64,000 bases of DNA from Bacteroidota bacterium (GCA_016715505.1 JADJZY010000014.1:1-64000), one strand, 5' to 3'. Positions 50,388 through 61,660 are shown, numbered from the stretch's first letter. Numbers and translations are program-made. The notes: generated by a model not told the origin, from the letters alone.

Positions 50388-50726
50388 TCAGAACTGCTTG
50401 TCATTTAATTTAGGATTGGACAAATGTCGCTCGGCATCTCGTTCAGTCTTTTTCTCAAAATTCTTCTTCATCGCTGCTTCCAAATCCACTTCGCACTGAT
50501 TGGCGAGCGCAGTGAGTACCCATAAAACATCCGCCATTTCATCGGCCAGATTTTTGGATTCTTCTTTCTTTTTCAAACTTTGTTCGCCGTATGTCCTGAC
50601 CATAATCCGTGAAACTTCACCTACCTCTTCCATCAGTATTCCTAGGTTCGTTAATGGATCAAAATACCGAACACCATGGGTTTTAATCCATGCGTCCACT
50701 TGTTGTTGTAATTCCTTCAGTTGCAT
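50388..50726 (-). CDS. MazG-like nucleotide pyrophosphohydrolase domain protein
   Basis: 112 aa with the MazG EExGE motif region (MEEVGEVSRIM...LADEMADVLWVL). Confidence 0.8.
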   Translation of the reverse strand: MQLKELQQQVDAWIKTHGVRYFDPLTNLGILMEEVGEVSRIMVRTYGEQSLKKKEESKNLADEMADVLWVLTALANQCEVDLEAAMKKNFEKKTERDAERHLSNPKLNDKQF

Positions 50727-51179
50727 TTATTCTTTGTTTTTGCTATCGATGATAATCGTTACCGGACCATCATTGATGAGTTGAACCTGCATATCAGCAC
50801 CAAAAATACCGGTCCCGATTTTTTTCTGCAGATTCGATTCCAGTGCTTGAATCATTTTCTCATACAAAGGTATGGCCTGTTCGGGTCGGGCAGCGCGAAT
50901 AAAAGAAGGTCGATTTCCTTTTTTGGTAGAAGCATGTAAGGTAAATTGACTGATCAATAAAAGATCGCCCTGAATATCTTCCAAACTTAAATTCATCAAA
51001 CCTTGTGCGTCGCTAAAAATTCGCATACGCATGATTTTTGCACATAACCATTCGATATCTTCATCCTGATCAAGTTCTTCGATTCCCAATAAAACCAGGA
51101 GTCCTTGTTTAATTTGACTTCTCAGTTGTCCATCAATATGTACACTTGCCTGACTAACCCTTTGTATCACTGCCCGCAT
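50727..51179 (-). CDS. dtd: D-aminoacyl-tRNA deacylase
   Basis: 150 aa beginning MRAVIQRVSQASV, with the SQFTL motif and C-terminal NDGPVT motif characteristic of Dtd. Its stop abuts the MazG-like gene start. Confidence 0.9.
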   Translation of the reverse strand: MRAVIQRVSQASVHIDGQLRSQIKQGLLVLLGIEELDQDEDIEWLCAKIMRMRIFSDAQGLMNLSLEDIQGDLLLISQFTLHASTKKGNRPSFIRAARPEQAIPLYEKMIQALESNLQKKIGTGIFGADMQVQLINDGPVTIIIDSKNKE

Positions 51180-51196
51180 AATTCTCTTATCTTTGA

Positions 51197-51646
51197 TTGC
51201 TGAATTTAAAAGTAATGATGTCTGTCGACCTAAGCAATGAAATCGTCTTAAAAACTTCCCGAAGTGGTGGTAAAGGAGGGCAAAACGTCAACAAAGTAGA
51301 AACCAAAGTTGAAGCACGATGGTATTTGTCATACAGTCAATTGCTGAGCGATGAAGAAAAAAAATTGGTAGAGGAACATTTGACTAATCGTATTTTAAGT
51401 GATGGTAGTCTTGTGATTGTCGCAGAGAAAGCACGTACCCAGTTGGAAAACAAACAGGAAGCGATCAGGCGTATGAATGAGTTGGTGAATCGGGCCCTGA
51501 TTCCTCCTAAAATCAGAAAAGCCACCAAAATTCCCAAACATATTCATACCCAGCGTCTCAACCATAAAAAGAAACATGGCGAACAAAAACAATTTAGAAA
51601 AAAAGTATTGAGGCATCGGGATGAAAACGATGATTCATTTAATTAA
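51197..51646 (+). CDS. arfB: Alternative ribosome-rescue factor ArfB (peptidyl-tRNA hydrolase, GGQ-domain)
   Basis: RF-1-like domain with the GGQ motif (SRSGGKGGQNVNKVETKV) and a basic C-terminal tail (KKKHGEQKQFRKK) typical of ArfB/YaeJ. Confidence 0.8.
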   Translation: MLNLKVMMSVDLSNEIVLKTSRSGGKGGQNVNKVETKVEARWYLSYSQLLSDEEKKLVEEHLTNRILSDGSLVIVAEKARTQLENKQEAIRRMNELVNRALIPPKIRKATKIPKHIHTQRLNHKKKHGEQKQFRKKVLRHRDENDDSFN

Positions 51647-51654
51647 AGAACGAA

Positions 51655-52311
51655 ATGGAACAAGAAACAATCCTTAATATCAGGGACGAAAAAACATACC
51701 CGCCCAAGCCTGTGTATGATCCGCAAGTCATGAATCCCTGGAAAAATTTAATCAGCCTACTCCCCTTTCTGTTATTGTTTGGCATGATTTACAATTGGAA
51801 CATTAACTTACTTTCAATGATAACAGGTATCATCTTGTTACATGAGTTGGGTCATGCAATAGCCATGAAAATTTTTAAATACACTGATGTCAGCATCTTA
51901 TTTATACCCTTGTTGGGCGGCGCGGCCACAGGTGAGAAATTGGAAGCCAGTCAGAAAGAAGAATGTATTGTTTTACTCAGCGGACCACTTCCGGGAATGA
52001 TTTTAGGGATGCTATTATGGATATTCCCCTTTGAGTTAGATTGGATGAACAGCAATAAATTGGCTGTCTATTTAGTTGTCATCAATGGATTTAATTTATT
52101 GCCCATTTTACCATTGGACGGTGGCCGATTGGTTCAAAATTTGTATTTCAAAAATAATGATACCATTACGCGTATATTTTTATTTGTATCTATTGGTGCA
52201 TTGATGTACTATTCAATTTATGCCGGTGAATATACTTTGTTGATACTTCCTTTCTTTTTGGTTTTACAATTAATCAATCATTTTCAAGCTATGAAACTCA
52301 AAAAGAATTGA
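51655..52311 (+). CDS. Site-2 protease-like M50-family membrane metallopeptidase
   Basis: HEXXH in a TM helix (LLHELGHAIAMKIF) and a downstream LDGG motif (LPLDGGRL), with multiple TMs. Confidence 0.55.
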   Translation: MEQETILNIRDEKTYPPKPVYDPQVMNPWKNLISLLPFLLLFGMIYNWNINLLSMITGIILLHELGHAIAMKIFKYTDVSILFIPLLGGAATGEKLEASQKEECIVLLSGPLPGMILGMLLWIFPFELDWMNSNKLAVYLVVINGFNLLPILPLDGGRLVQNLYFKNNDTITRIFLFVSIGALMYYSIYAGEYTLLILPFFLVLQLINHFQAMKLKKN

Positions 52312-52601
52312 CCGCTCAAAACATTGATCCGAAACAAACGTATGATCAACTTAGTGATGCCGACTATTGGAAAATACGCGATGAAATGGGCATAAGACTT
52401 TCGAATTTTAAAAATATCATCACACCCGGAGAACATCAAGAATCGGGACGAGAAGAAGTGGTGATCAAATACATGCGAAATTTTTTACGGAAACCATTGC
52501 GAGAGGACCTGAGTCCTTTTGGTTTGCTGGGATTTACCATAGTTTGGCTTGCCTTCATCGTACTACCGATTGTATTATATATGATTCGCACTTCGCAATA
52601 A
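52308..52601 (+). CDS. Hypothetical protein with C-terminal TM anchor
   Basis: 97-aa ORF whose start is coupled to the upstream stop. No recognisable domain. Confidence 0.3.
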   Translation: MTAQNIDPKQTYDQLSDADYWKIRDEMGIRLSNFKNIITPGEHQESGREEVVIKYMRNFLRKPLREDLSPFGLLGFTIVWLAFIVLPIVLYMIRTSQ

Positions 52602-52771
52602 GGCAATGGCAAAAGACATTCCGAGAAATATATTCGTGAAATTCATCAAAAGACCAATAAGCATTGTATCCAAATGCATCACCTCCAACTATCTCCCCCC
52701 AAACTCATTGTGACCAGCCATCTTCCCTCAAGGAGTACAACTACAAAGTCAAATGGTTAAAAGAACAGCCT

Positions 52772-53122
52772 CTATTTAACAATAATGACCTTAATAAACT
52801 TGTCGCCATTTTCCTTCTCCCCGATAAGCAATGAAGTTGTTTTGACTCCTGAATAGGTGTACGTGTATTGCACATCTTCCAGATATTGGCTATTTCTTCG
52901 ACTCGGTGGTCCTTCTCCCAATTCCCAAAAGCAGCCCGTATAGCCTCCATCAAAATCAGAACAATTTTTGAAAACTACAGTTTCACCAACCGCAAATGTG
53001 TCTTTGGTTGTCGTAAAACAAGCTTTGTATTTGTAAGGCTTTGTGCAGGAAACCCAAAAAGACGCCAAACTAAAAAGGAGATAAAATTTAAATTTGACTT
53101 TTTTCATAGCAGATTCATTCAA
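52772..53122 (-). CDS. Hypothetical lipoprotein/secreted beta-domain protein
   Basis: 116 aa with a signal peptide and lipobox-like SC (FWVSC). Small Cys-containing beta-rich domain. Confidence 0.35.
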   Translation of the reverse strand: MNESAMKKVKFKFYLLFSLASFWVSCTKPYKYKACFTTTKDTFAVGETVVFKNCSDFDGGYTGCFWELGEGPPSRRNSQYLEDVQYTYTYSGVKTTSLLIGEKENGDKFIKVIIVK

Positions 53123-53360
53123 GTTGATGTTAAATATAAATCATATATGGGCAAGGCTGACATTCAAAACGTTTTGATTTCGATTTACTTCTCAAAGCAT
53201 TCCATTTATGATTTGACATGATAGGAGAATTGAATATTTTCAAAGAAACGACAAAAACTATCGGATACTTTCAACTAAATAGCAAGTGAATTGTTTTAAA
53301 GTGTAATTGCCCCGATAAAGTTATCATCTAATGAACCAATGAATTTCAAAGGGTATCGGA

Positions 53361-54511
53361 TTAAATGCACGCGTTCAATTTCTTTAATCTGTTTGCGGCT
53401 TCTATCAAGGTTTCCTCCTTTTTGGCAAAACAAAATCTCACCAAATGATCATCTTTACCGGATTGATAAAATGCGCTGAAAGGGATACAGGCCACACCGA
53501 TTCCACGGGTTAACCATGCTGCAAATTCTTTATCCCCCAATGGACTGATTTTGTCATATCCCATGGTTTGAAAATATGTCCCCCGCTTCTTTCGTGGATG
53601 GTAAAAGGCAAATCACGAATTAAAGACAGAAAAAAATCTCTTTTGGCCTCATAAAAATCCGACAGTTGCAGATAAGGTTCCGGATGTTTTAAATATTCGG
53701 CCAAAGCATATTGCATGGGTGTATTGCAAGAAAAAGAGAGAAACTGATGCATCTTCCGAAACTCATTACTTAAACCATCCGGCGCAATACAATATCCCAT
53801 TTTCCATCCAGTCGCATGGAATACTTTTCCGAACGAATAGATCACGAATGCGTTAGCATACAATTCCGGATAGGCCAATACACTTTCATGTTTCCGGCCA
53901 TCAAAAGTAAGATGCTCATATACCTCATCACTGATCACATAAATCTGCCTTCTTTGTACAATTTTTTGAAGTTCAAGCATATCTTCTTTCGTCCATACAT
54001 AGCCCCCCGGATTATGGGGTGTATTCATAATAATCGCTTTCGTTCGGCTTGTAATGGCCTCATTCACCTTTTGCCAGTCTATCGCAAATGTTGGTGCAAT
54101 CAGAGGTACACATACCGGAATGCCGCCTTGTACAACAATATTGGGAATGTATGAATCATAAGCGGGTTCCAGCACAATCACTTCATCTCCCGCTTCAATG
54201 ATGGTCGCCAAGGCTGTATAAATAGCATAAGTAGCCCCGGGTGTGATGGTGATATTTGTTTCTGCATGACAATGACAACCATATAATGAACGGTACTTCA
54301 GTGCTAGGGCTTCACGCAATTCAGGAATACCCGGCATGGGAGCATATTGGTTCATGCCTTTTTGCATGGCTTGATGAACGGCATCAACCAGTTCATCCGA
54401 AACGGCAAAATCCGGGAATCCCTGTGCGAGGTTAATGGCATCGTATTGACGCGCCATACCCGTCATCACACTAAAAATATTGGTACCTATATCAGGAAGT
54501 TTTGATCGCAT
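53361..54511 (-). CDS. PLP-dependent class I/II aminotransferase (MalY/methionine aminotransferase-like); two ORFs, frameshift near 53510-53564
   Basis: The 333-aa ORF has the aminotransferase fold signatures (NPHNPGG, SFGKVFHATGWKMGY with the PLP Lys). The 67-aa ORF supplies the C-terminal end in another frame. Confidence 0.75.
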
Positions 54512-54529
54512 TCCTTTTGAAGTATTTAT

Positions 54530-55612
54530 TTATAAAAATCGGTCGCCTTTATTCCTTCTAACCTCTGCAACATAATCTTTAATTTGTTGTTCGCGGTTCC
54601 GTTCGCAAATGAGGAGCACATCATCAGTATCTATCACAATAAATCCCTCCAAGCCCTGTAGTACCAGCAATTTATTTTCAGGCGCTTTTACCATACATTG
54701 CGAAGCATCAATAATCATCACATTGTCGCCATATACCGCATTGCCTAAATAATCTTTTTGCGAATTATCATAGGCCGAATTCCAGGTACCCAAATCACAC
54801 CACCCAAAATAGGAAGGAATCACCCACACATTTTTTGATTTTTCCATGATTCCGTAATCAATCGAAATATTGGTGCATTGCGGATAAACCACTTCAATGT
54901 CGGTCTTTTCATCGGGTGTATTGTAACTCTTCACGTTGGCAAATAACTCATTCATTTCCGGCAGATATTTCTGCATTTCATCAATGATGGTATTTACATT
55001 CCAAACGAAGATGCCGGCATTCCACAGGAAGTCGCCACTACGAATAAATGTTTCAGCCAATTCATGGGAAGGTTTTTCGGTAAAAGTTTTTACCTGATAT
55101 AATCGTTCACTGCTTTTGTTCGTATCATATTGAATGTAACCATAACCAGTATCCGGTCGGGTGGGTTTAATACCCAGGGTCACCAAAACTTTATTTTTGG
55201 AAACAAAATCTAAAGAATCTATAATATCTCGTTCAAACTTCCGATCATCAAATATGAGATGATCCGCAGGACTCATGATAATATTCGCATTCGGATTGAG
55301 CGCTTTGAGTTTATGCGTGATATAAACCGTGCAGGGAGCCGTATTTTTACGGGAGGGTTCACTCAGGATATTATTGTCGGACAAACCGGGTAGCTGCTCC
55401 TTTAAAGTAGGTATGTACGCTTCGTTGGTGATGATAAAAATATTTTCATTCGGACAAATATTTTTAAAACGCTCGTAAGTCCATTGTATCAGCGATTTAC
55501 CGGTACCTAAAATATCTAAGAATTGTTTGGGATGATCGTTGCGACTTTCAGGCCAAAAGCGACTACCTATTCCGCCAGCCATAATAGCCACATAATTATT
55601 TTTCAGACTCAT
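54530..55612 (-). CDS. Mannose-1-phosphate guanylyltransferase (NDP-sugar pyrophosphorylase)
   Basis: N-terminal nucleotidyltransferase motif AIMAGGIGSRFWPESR..PKQF and a C-terminal MannoseP_isomer-type domain. Confidence 0.85.
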   Translation of the reverse strand: MSLKNNYVAIMAGGIGSRFWPESRNDHPKQFLDILGTGKSLIQWTYERFKNICPNENIFIITNEAYIPTLKEQLPGLSDNNILSEPSRKNTAPCTVYITHKLKALNPNANIIMSPADHLIFDDRKFERDIIDSLDFVSKNKVLVTLGIKPTRPDTGYGYIQYDTNKSSERLYQVKTFTEKPSHELAETFIRSGDFLWNAGIFVWNVNTIIDEMQKYLPEMNELFANVKSYNTPDEKTDIEVVYPQCTNISIDYGIMEKSKNVWVIPSYFGWCDLGTWNSAYDNSQKDYLGNAVYGDNVMIIDASQCMVKAPENKLLVLQGLEGFIVIDTDDVLLICERNREQQIKDYVAEVRRNKGDRFL

Positions 55613-55674
55613 GTTTATGGATCAAATCAGTTTGTAAAGGGTTTAAAAATAAATCAATTTCCATTGTCAGGCGT

Positions 55675-56123
55675 TCATCCTTCAAAATACTTTAACAGCC
55701 ATTCATCTTCCAAGGCCCGCATTTTTTTGGCCTGAGCAGGTGTTTTGTCCCCAAATCCACACAAATGCAATGCGCCGTGAAAGATAACCCGATGTAGTTC
55801 CTGTTGAAAGGAAGTTTCGCTAATCGAGCATTTTCCTTCACCCGATCCACGCTGATATAAATATCTCCCATGATCATGGAACCTTTTGCTTCGTTCAGGT
55901 CAAAGGTGATGATATCGGTATAAGTATCATGCTGCAAGTATTGCAGATTCATTTCGTAAAGAAATTCGTCGGTCACAAAGGTATATTGCAATTGAGCGGG
56001 CTTCTTACGATAATGTTGAATAAGATCAAGCACAAATGCGCCTAGTTTTATTTTTCCGCCCAACGCTGTTCGCACTCCATGATTGGTAAACTGACAATAT
56101 CCGGTTTCCAGATTTTCTTTCAT
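55675..56123 (-). CDS. ybeY: rRNA maturation endoribonuclease YbeY (3' frameshift at T7 run ~55720-55730)
   Basis: N-terminal YbeY region (DTYTDIITFD, ISVDRVKENA). The expected HxxxH zinc motif is lost in frame but the alternate frame reads ...GFGDKTPAQAKKMRALEDEWLLKYFEG*, ending at 55675. Confidence 0.7.
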
Positions 56124-56131
56124 CTTGCCTA

Positions 56132-56787
56132 TTATGAAAGCGTTGCAATCACGTTTACACCTCCTTGCACAATATCACCAATTTTGGCATTGATTTTTGT
56201 TCCTAATGGCAGGTATAAATCAACCCTTGAACCAAATTTGATAAAACCCAATTCTCCATTTTGATGAACCTGCTCGCCTTCTTTTGAATAAGTAACAATT
56301 CGGCGGGCCACAGCACCGGCAATCTGACGAATCAATACTTCGGCTTTAGTTCCTTTTAAGACAACGGTACTTCGCTCATTTTCGGTACTGGATTTGGGAT
56401 GCCAGGCCACCAGATATTTTCCTTTGTGATAACGCACATAATTTACAATCCCCGAAAAAGGATACAAATTGACGTGTACATTCAATGGCGACATAAAAAT
56501 GGATACCTGAATACGTTTGTCCTTAAAATACTCGGTTTCCACAGCCTCTTCAATCACCACTACTTTACCATCACAAGGCGAAACCACCAATTGTTCATCC
56601 AAGGTTTGAACACGGGTTGGAATCCGAAAAACCAGAATACCCAAAACCACAAGGCCAGTCCGGCTATTTGTAAGGGCCAATAAATAATAGGCCACTGTTC
56701 TATACTGATATGTAACAACCAGGTATAAGCCAACATCAAAATGGTAGCCACCACACAATACATCCAACCTTCTTTATGAATTCGCAT
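56132..56787 (-). CDS. psd: Phosphatidylserine decarboxylase proenzyme (short Bacteroidota type); N-terminal TM part in a second frame (56560-56787)
   Basis: C-terminal region with the Psd cleavage/pyruvoyl motif region FGSRVDLYLP (GS-x), preceded by a TM N-terminus MRIHKEGWMYCVVATILMLAY in an overlapping ORF. Confidence 0.75.
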
Positions 56788-56893
56788 GATATGAATACAG
56801 TTTTATTTTCGCGAAGATAATCAGGAATTGATGGAATCGAAAAATAGGCCTTGGAATCTACCCGTACTGAACCTTTTTAATCATTCATTGTTT

Positions 56894-58660
56894 CTACCAT
56901 GAAGGGCTTCTGAATGCATGCCCTTCTTTCAATTTCGGACAAACACTCACCGGTAACTGACCTTTTGGATTCATTTTCCGGGTAAATATTTCAATGGCAG
57001 CCATTTGAGTTTCTGTTTCTTCATCATAACAAATCAAAGCACATTTTACATCGCAGAAATTTCGGAGAACATAAGGATTTCCGAAAATGACCACACATAC
57101 ATTAGGAAGCTCTGCCAATTGTTGAATGAGACTTAATTTTAAGGAATCGAGACCAAAATTTTTTGCCGGCGACTGTAGCAAACCACTCACATTGACGATC
57201 ACCTTTGACGCCGAACGAATTCGCTCCCATTGCAATTTGCGTTTATTACTATCGGGCAGATTTAATTGAACAATACTTTTAAGCCCCTGCCTGACAAATT
57301 CCGTTTCAAACATATTTTGTTTTTGGCTCAAAGTAACCATGGTGATGTCCTTGATATCCGACTTGCGAATTGATTGAATTAAATCAAATTCATCATTCAC
57401 ACAAGTGATGGCTGCTTGCGCAACCGCCTTGCGGATTTCAGGAAGGGAATCATTTAAATCCCGGGCAATATCCGTAGTATCCTTCTTAAAATTTTTTAAT
57501 ACCCCGACATCATATTTTGCAGCTAATACCTTCTTCACACTGAGCGACAATCGGGCTTCGCTGATGATTCCTTTTTCATAAGCCCTGCGGATAGTATCAA
57601 TGCCCTGATCGCTGTGTTTGGAAAATAACAAAACATCATTGCCTGCCATCAAACTTCGTAAATCCAGGGCAGCACTTGAATACAGCTTTGTAACACTCGA
57701 CATATTCAAGCCATCCGTAAATACCAGTCCGTCAAAACCCATTTTCTGAATCAATAAATCCTGCACCACCTTTGATGAAAGCGAACTCGGTAGATTGGGT
57801 GTGGCATCCAAAGCAGGTACACTTAAATGCCCGGTCATGACGGCTTTGAGTCCGGCCGGAATGAGTGAACGATATGGATACAAATCTGTTCGCTCCAGAC
57901 TTTCGAACGACTCCTTGATGAGTGGTAAAGACAAATGGGAGTCTACATCTGTATTTCCATGACCGGGAAAATGTTTCGCACAGGCGATCACGCCCAACTC
58001 CTGCATTCCACGAATCACATACATAGCCATTTGGCTAACCTTTTCTTTATTCTCTCCAAAAGAGCGATAATTGATGACCGGATTATTGGGATTGGAATTG
58101 ATGTCCAATACCGGTGCAAAATTGATATGAATACCCATGAGATGGAACTGCCTCCCAATGGCCCGACCAACACGAAGCGCTAAAGAGGTATCATTCGCTG
58201 CACCGATGGTAAGTGCCCTGGGCAGATTACCTACATTGGGCAAACGCATACCCATGCCCCATTCCGCATCCATCGAAAACCATAAGGGAATCTTCGCTTT
58301 TGCCTGTAATGCACGCATGATGGTCATTTGCTCAGCCGGGTCGCCTTGCATAAAACAAATGCCTCCAATGCCAAGCTCCTTCACCAACTTATCGACATGG
58401 GGCATATTGGATTTGGTATGGGCAATGGCCATGTATAGCTGGGCTATCTTTTTTTCCAGAGGCAGAGATTGATAAACACTATCCACCCACTGCTGGCGTT
58501 TCATCGTATATTCTTTGGGCGTTGGTTGAGCAATAGATTGACTAAATGCCTGCGATGAAGCCAAACAACAAATCATGACAAAAAATAATTGCTGAATGTT
58601 CATGGATATCTTCTTCCCTGCAATTCGAAAAATAATTTTCATTTCGTGGTTCACCAACAA
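56894..58660 (-). CDS. Glycoside hydrolase family 3 beta-N-acetylhexosaminidase (NagZ-like) with C-terminal domain, secreted
   Basis: GH3 N-terminal catalytic domain with KHFPGHG..DSH and the catalytic Asp region (VFTDGLNM), plus a signal peptide. Confidence 0.85.
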   Translation of the reverse strand: MLVNHEMKIIFRIAGKKISMNIQQLFFVMICCLASSQAFSQSIAQPTPKEYTMKRQQWVDSVYQSLPLEKKIAQLYMAIAHTKSNMPHVDKLVKELGIGGICFMQGDPAEQMTIMRALQAKAKIPLWFSMDAEWGMGMRLPNVGNLPRALTIGAANDTSLALRVGRAIGRQFHLMGIHINFAPVLDINSNPNNPVINYRSFGENKEKVSQMAMYVIRGMQELGVIACAKHFPGHGNTDVDSHLSLPLIKESFESLERTDLYPYRSLIPAGLKAVMTGHLSVPALDATPNLPSSLSSKVVQDLLIQKMGFDGLVFTDGLNMSSVTKLYSSAALDLRSLMAGNDVLLFSKHSDQGIDTIRRAYEKGIISEARLSLSVKKVLAAKYDVGVLKNFKKDTTDIARDLNDSLPEIRKAVAQAAITCVNDEFDLIQSIRKSDIKDITMVTLSQKQNMFETEFVRQGLKSIVQLNLPDSNKRKLQWERIRSASKVIVNVSGLLQSPAKNFGLDSLKLSLIQQLAELPNVCVVIFGNPYVLRNFCDVKCALICYDEETETQMAAIEIFTRKMNPKGQLPVSVCPKLKEGHAFRSPSW

Positions 58661-58666
58661 CCGCGA

Positions 58667-59143
58667 TTATTTTATGGTTTTGGCCAATGCCATCATTTTA
58701 CGTGCCAGCGACTCCTCATTGGTTTCGCTGCCTTCAATCAAATACTCTTTCCCTTTAATCACCCGAAGCAACAAAAACTTATAAATTTTTCCGCCATCGT
58801 CTTTGTACGTGCGTTCTATGAGTAAATCATTCCCGGAATTTACCAGGGCTTTGATGGTTACACTCTTGTGCTTTTTCGTAAGGACTTGTTTATACTGAGA
58901 TTTAATGAGGGCAAGATTCATTTTTTTGTTCAGCTGTGTAATGGTGATTCGCTCACCTACATTCAAAAATATTTTAATTTCCGGTGTGCTCAAATCACTC
59001 TCTTCCTGTTCAATGCGCTCTACCGCCAAGGCACTATCTATTCCCATGCTGGCATTTAATCCGTATGTACTCAAACTCGTTTTGTCATTTTGTGCAAATA
59101 CCAGCAAGGGCAACAACAAAGCCACTAACAATATTTTTTTCAT
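58667..59143 (-). CDS. Hypothetical secreted protein (signal peptide)
   Basis: 158 aa with signal peptide MKKILLVALLLPLLVFAQ and no recognisable domain. Its stop is 4 nt upstream of the GH3 gene start. Confidence 0.35.
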   Translation of the reverse strand: MKKILLVALLLPLLVFAQNDKTSLSTYGLNASMGIDSALAVERIEQEESDLSTPEIKIFLNVGERITITQLNKKMNLALIKSQYKQVLTKKHKSVTIKALVNSGNDLLIERTYKDDGGKIYKFLLLRVIKGKEYLIEGSETNEESLARKMMALAKTIK

Positions 59144-59332
59144 TTGCTAAAAATAAGGGTAAAAAGTTTTTGAGGAAATTAATTCTATGTGGTGATTTAA
59201 ACGATATTAAAGTTTTACAACAAGGCAGGCACTTAAAATGACAGCCTCATACCCCTTTCATCTGCTTCCTTCTGTCGAGTATTGCATTTTTATATCCAAA
59301 AAAGTATATTTGAGAGATAAAATATTACCCCG

Positions 59333-61393
59333 CATGAAAAAACTCTTACTTCTTAGTTTATTCCTTTGGATGGGCCAACAAGCATTTTCGCAATATTGGA
59401 TACTTCAAATCCCAATGCCGGTACCAATCCCGGAGGCATCAATGTTGATAATGAATATCCCTCAGGCGGTGGTTTACCTGCGGGTTGGACCATCATCCTA
59501 CCCGGTAACAATACTCTCCCTACCTGGTCGGCAAACCAAAGCATTCCTTTTAGCTTCTCATTCAATGGTACTGCTGTTACCCAATTTAAAGTATCCTCAA
59601 GCGGTATTTTAACCTTTGATGTAAGCACGGCACTATCTGCACCTTCTTATACCAAATCTACTTTACCTGATGCCAGCATTCCCGATCAGTCTGTTTGTAT
59701 CTGGGGCATGGGGGGCATTGGTGCCAACGACAATGTGATTACCAAAACCTTTGGAAGCGCACCGAACCGTCAACTCTGGATTCAATTCAGTTCATACGGT
59801 TATGGAACCACCGTTTCCGATGGCAGTAATTTCACTTATTGGAGTATCGTACTCGAAGAGAGCAGCAATACCATCCATATCGTTGACCATCGTACCGGTG
59901 GATATGCCACTACCGACAAGGTGACTGCCGGCATTCAAATCAATAGTAGCAATGCCTTGTCAGTAGCAACGCCAGACATAAGCAGCCTTGCCGGTACCGA
60001 TCCTACACCTATCGACAACAGTTATTACTCATTCATCAGCGGCACACAACCTGCGTACGATTTAACCGCCACTGAAATTACAACCAATCAATATTTGGCT
60101 GCAGGCAATACCAATATCAGCGGTAAAATTCGCAACTTGGGTTCTACGACCATCACCTCTATGGATGTGAATTATAAAATAGATGGAGGCGCTACGGTGA
60201 CGGCTACCCTCAATGGACTGAGCATTGCTTCCTTGGCAACTTATTCTTTCACGCACACAACACCCTGGAATGCCACCGTTGGTAATCATACCATTGAAAT
60301 ATGGGCGACAAACCTCAATGGTTCAAACCCGGATGCCAATACTGCGAACGACAACAAAATCAAATCGGTTCAGGTGATGAGTGAAAACGTAACCCGTATT
60401 CCTTTGTTTGAAATTTTTACCAGTTCTACATGCCCACCTTGTAAACCCGGCAATGAAAACTTTCATGCGGTGGTAGATACCATTCCAGAAGCCGACTTTG
60501 CTTCTTTAAAATACCAGGAAGATTTTCCGAGCACCGGCGACCCTTATACCACGATTGAAACCGTTAACCGCCGCTCATCGTTTTATGGTATCACATCTAT
60601 CCCTCGTATGGAAATTGATGGCGGATGGGACGATAACGCATCTTCATTCACCGCACAAATTTATGGTGCATCCAAGGCCATCCCTGCACAGTTTAAAATG
60701 AATGGTCGCTTTGTACAAAACAACAATAGTTTCACGGCTACCGTTGCCTTCTCTCCACTCATCAATATCAGCGGCGCCAAATTGTATATGGTCATTTACG
60801 AAAAGCGCACCGTGAACAATGTAAAAACCAATGGCGAAATAGAATTTTTCAATGTGGTGAAAAAAATGCTGCCCAACGAAAACGGAACCACTTTACCTGC
60901 TGTGAGTATTGGCGTATGGGATTCCATCACATCCAGTTATACGTTTAATGGCAACTATCGTTTACCATCCAATGGACAAGCGGCCAATGTCATCAATCTT
61001 GCTACCGAACATTCAGTAGAAAACTTCTTTACCCTGGGTATGATAGCCTGGATACAAGCGCCGAACAAATCGGTAATACAAGCTTGTCATCTGACATCCA
61101 ATATCCTTGCCGGCACCCAAAATATCCTGAATACCATACAAGGTGTAAGCGTATATCCCTAACCCTGCTTCGAAAACAACACGCGTTCAATTTGAAGTTG
61201 AGGATAGTCAGGAAATATTGTACACCCTGATTGATATGCAAGGCAACGTGATCAACAGTGCACAAATCAATGCCACGCAGGGTAAAAACAATATTGAACT
61301 CAATGTACAGGAATTGGCGAATGGCATGTACCATCTCATGTTGTTCGACAACAAAGGCAATTCGCATGTTGAACAAGTGATGGTGAGTCATTA
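59333..61393 (+). CDS. Secreted T9SS cargo protein with type-A C-terminal sorting domain (frameshifts near 59390-59410 and ~61150)
   Basis: Signal peptide MKKLLLLSLFLWMGQQAFSQ in ORF 59238-59612, a main body in 59366-61162, and a CTD recovered by hand translation of 61161-61393 in the +1 frame (PNPASKTTRVQFEVEDSQEILYTLIDMQGNV...GMYHLMLFDNKGNSHVEQVMVSH). Confidence 0.6.
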
Positions 61394-61417
61394 ATTTTTG
61401 CAACGATACTTTTTAGA

Positions 61418-61447
61418 AACGCATCTTTTATAAGGTGCGTTTTTTTA
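61418..61447 (+). terminator. Rho-independent terminator after the T9SS cargo gene
   Basis: Hairpin AACGCAUC-UUUUAUAA-GGUGCGUU (8-bp stem including one G.U pair) followed by T6. Confidence 0.6.
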
Positions 61448-61540
61448 TGGGGCATAACCAAGCCTTGAAAATGAGAATTGATGAAAAGAAGTTATAGCTG
61501 CATTCAACCCAAATTTTGATGACCGCTAAAGTATATGCAC

Positions 61541-61655
61541 AAAAAAAAGCCGAGTTACCCCGACTTAAAAGTTTTCACTACGGAATAATCCTTATTGTGA
61601 AAAGGTTCAAAATGTATTTCAAAAATAATTATTATATTCGATTTACAAAACTTTT
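61541..61655 (-). ncRNA. Candidate tracrRNA of the type II CRISPR-Cas system (minus strand, divergent from cas9)
   Basis: The minus strand reads 5'-...UUGAACCUUUUCACAAUAAGGAUUAUUCCGUAGUGAAAACUUUUAAGUCGGGGUAACUCGGCUUUUUUUU-3'. This gives an anti-repeat-like 5' part, a nexus-like AAGG-AUUAUUCC-G hairpin colinear with the SpCas9 tracrRNA AAGGCUAGUCCG, then a GUCGGG-GUAA-CUCGGC hairpin (GNRA loop) plus U8 terminator (61541-61566). It lies immediately upstream of the cas9 ATG. Confidence 0.45.
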
Positions 61656-61660
61656 TATCT

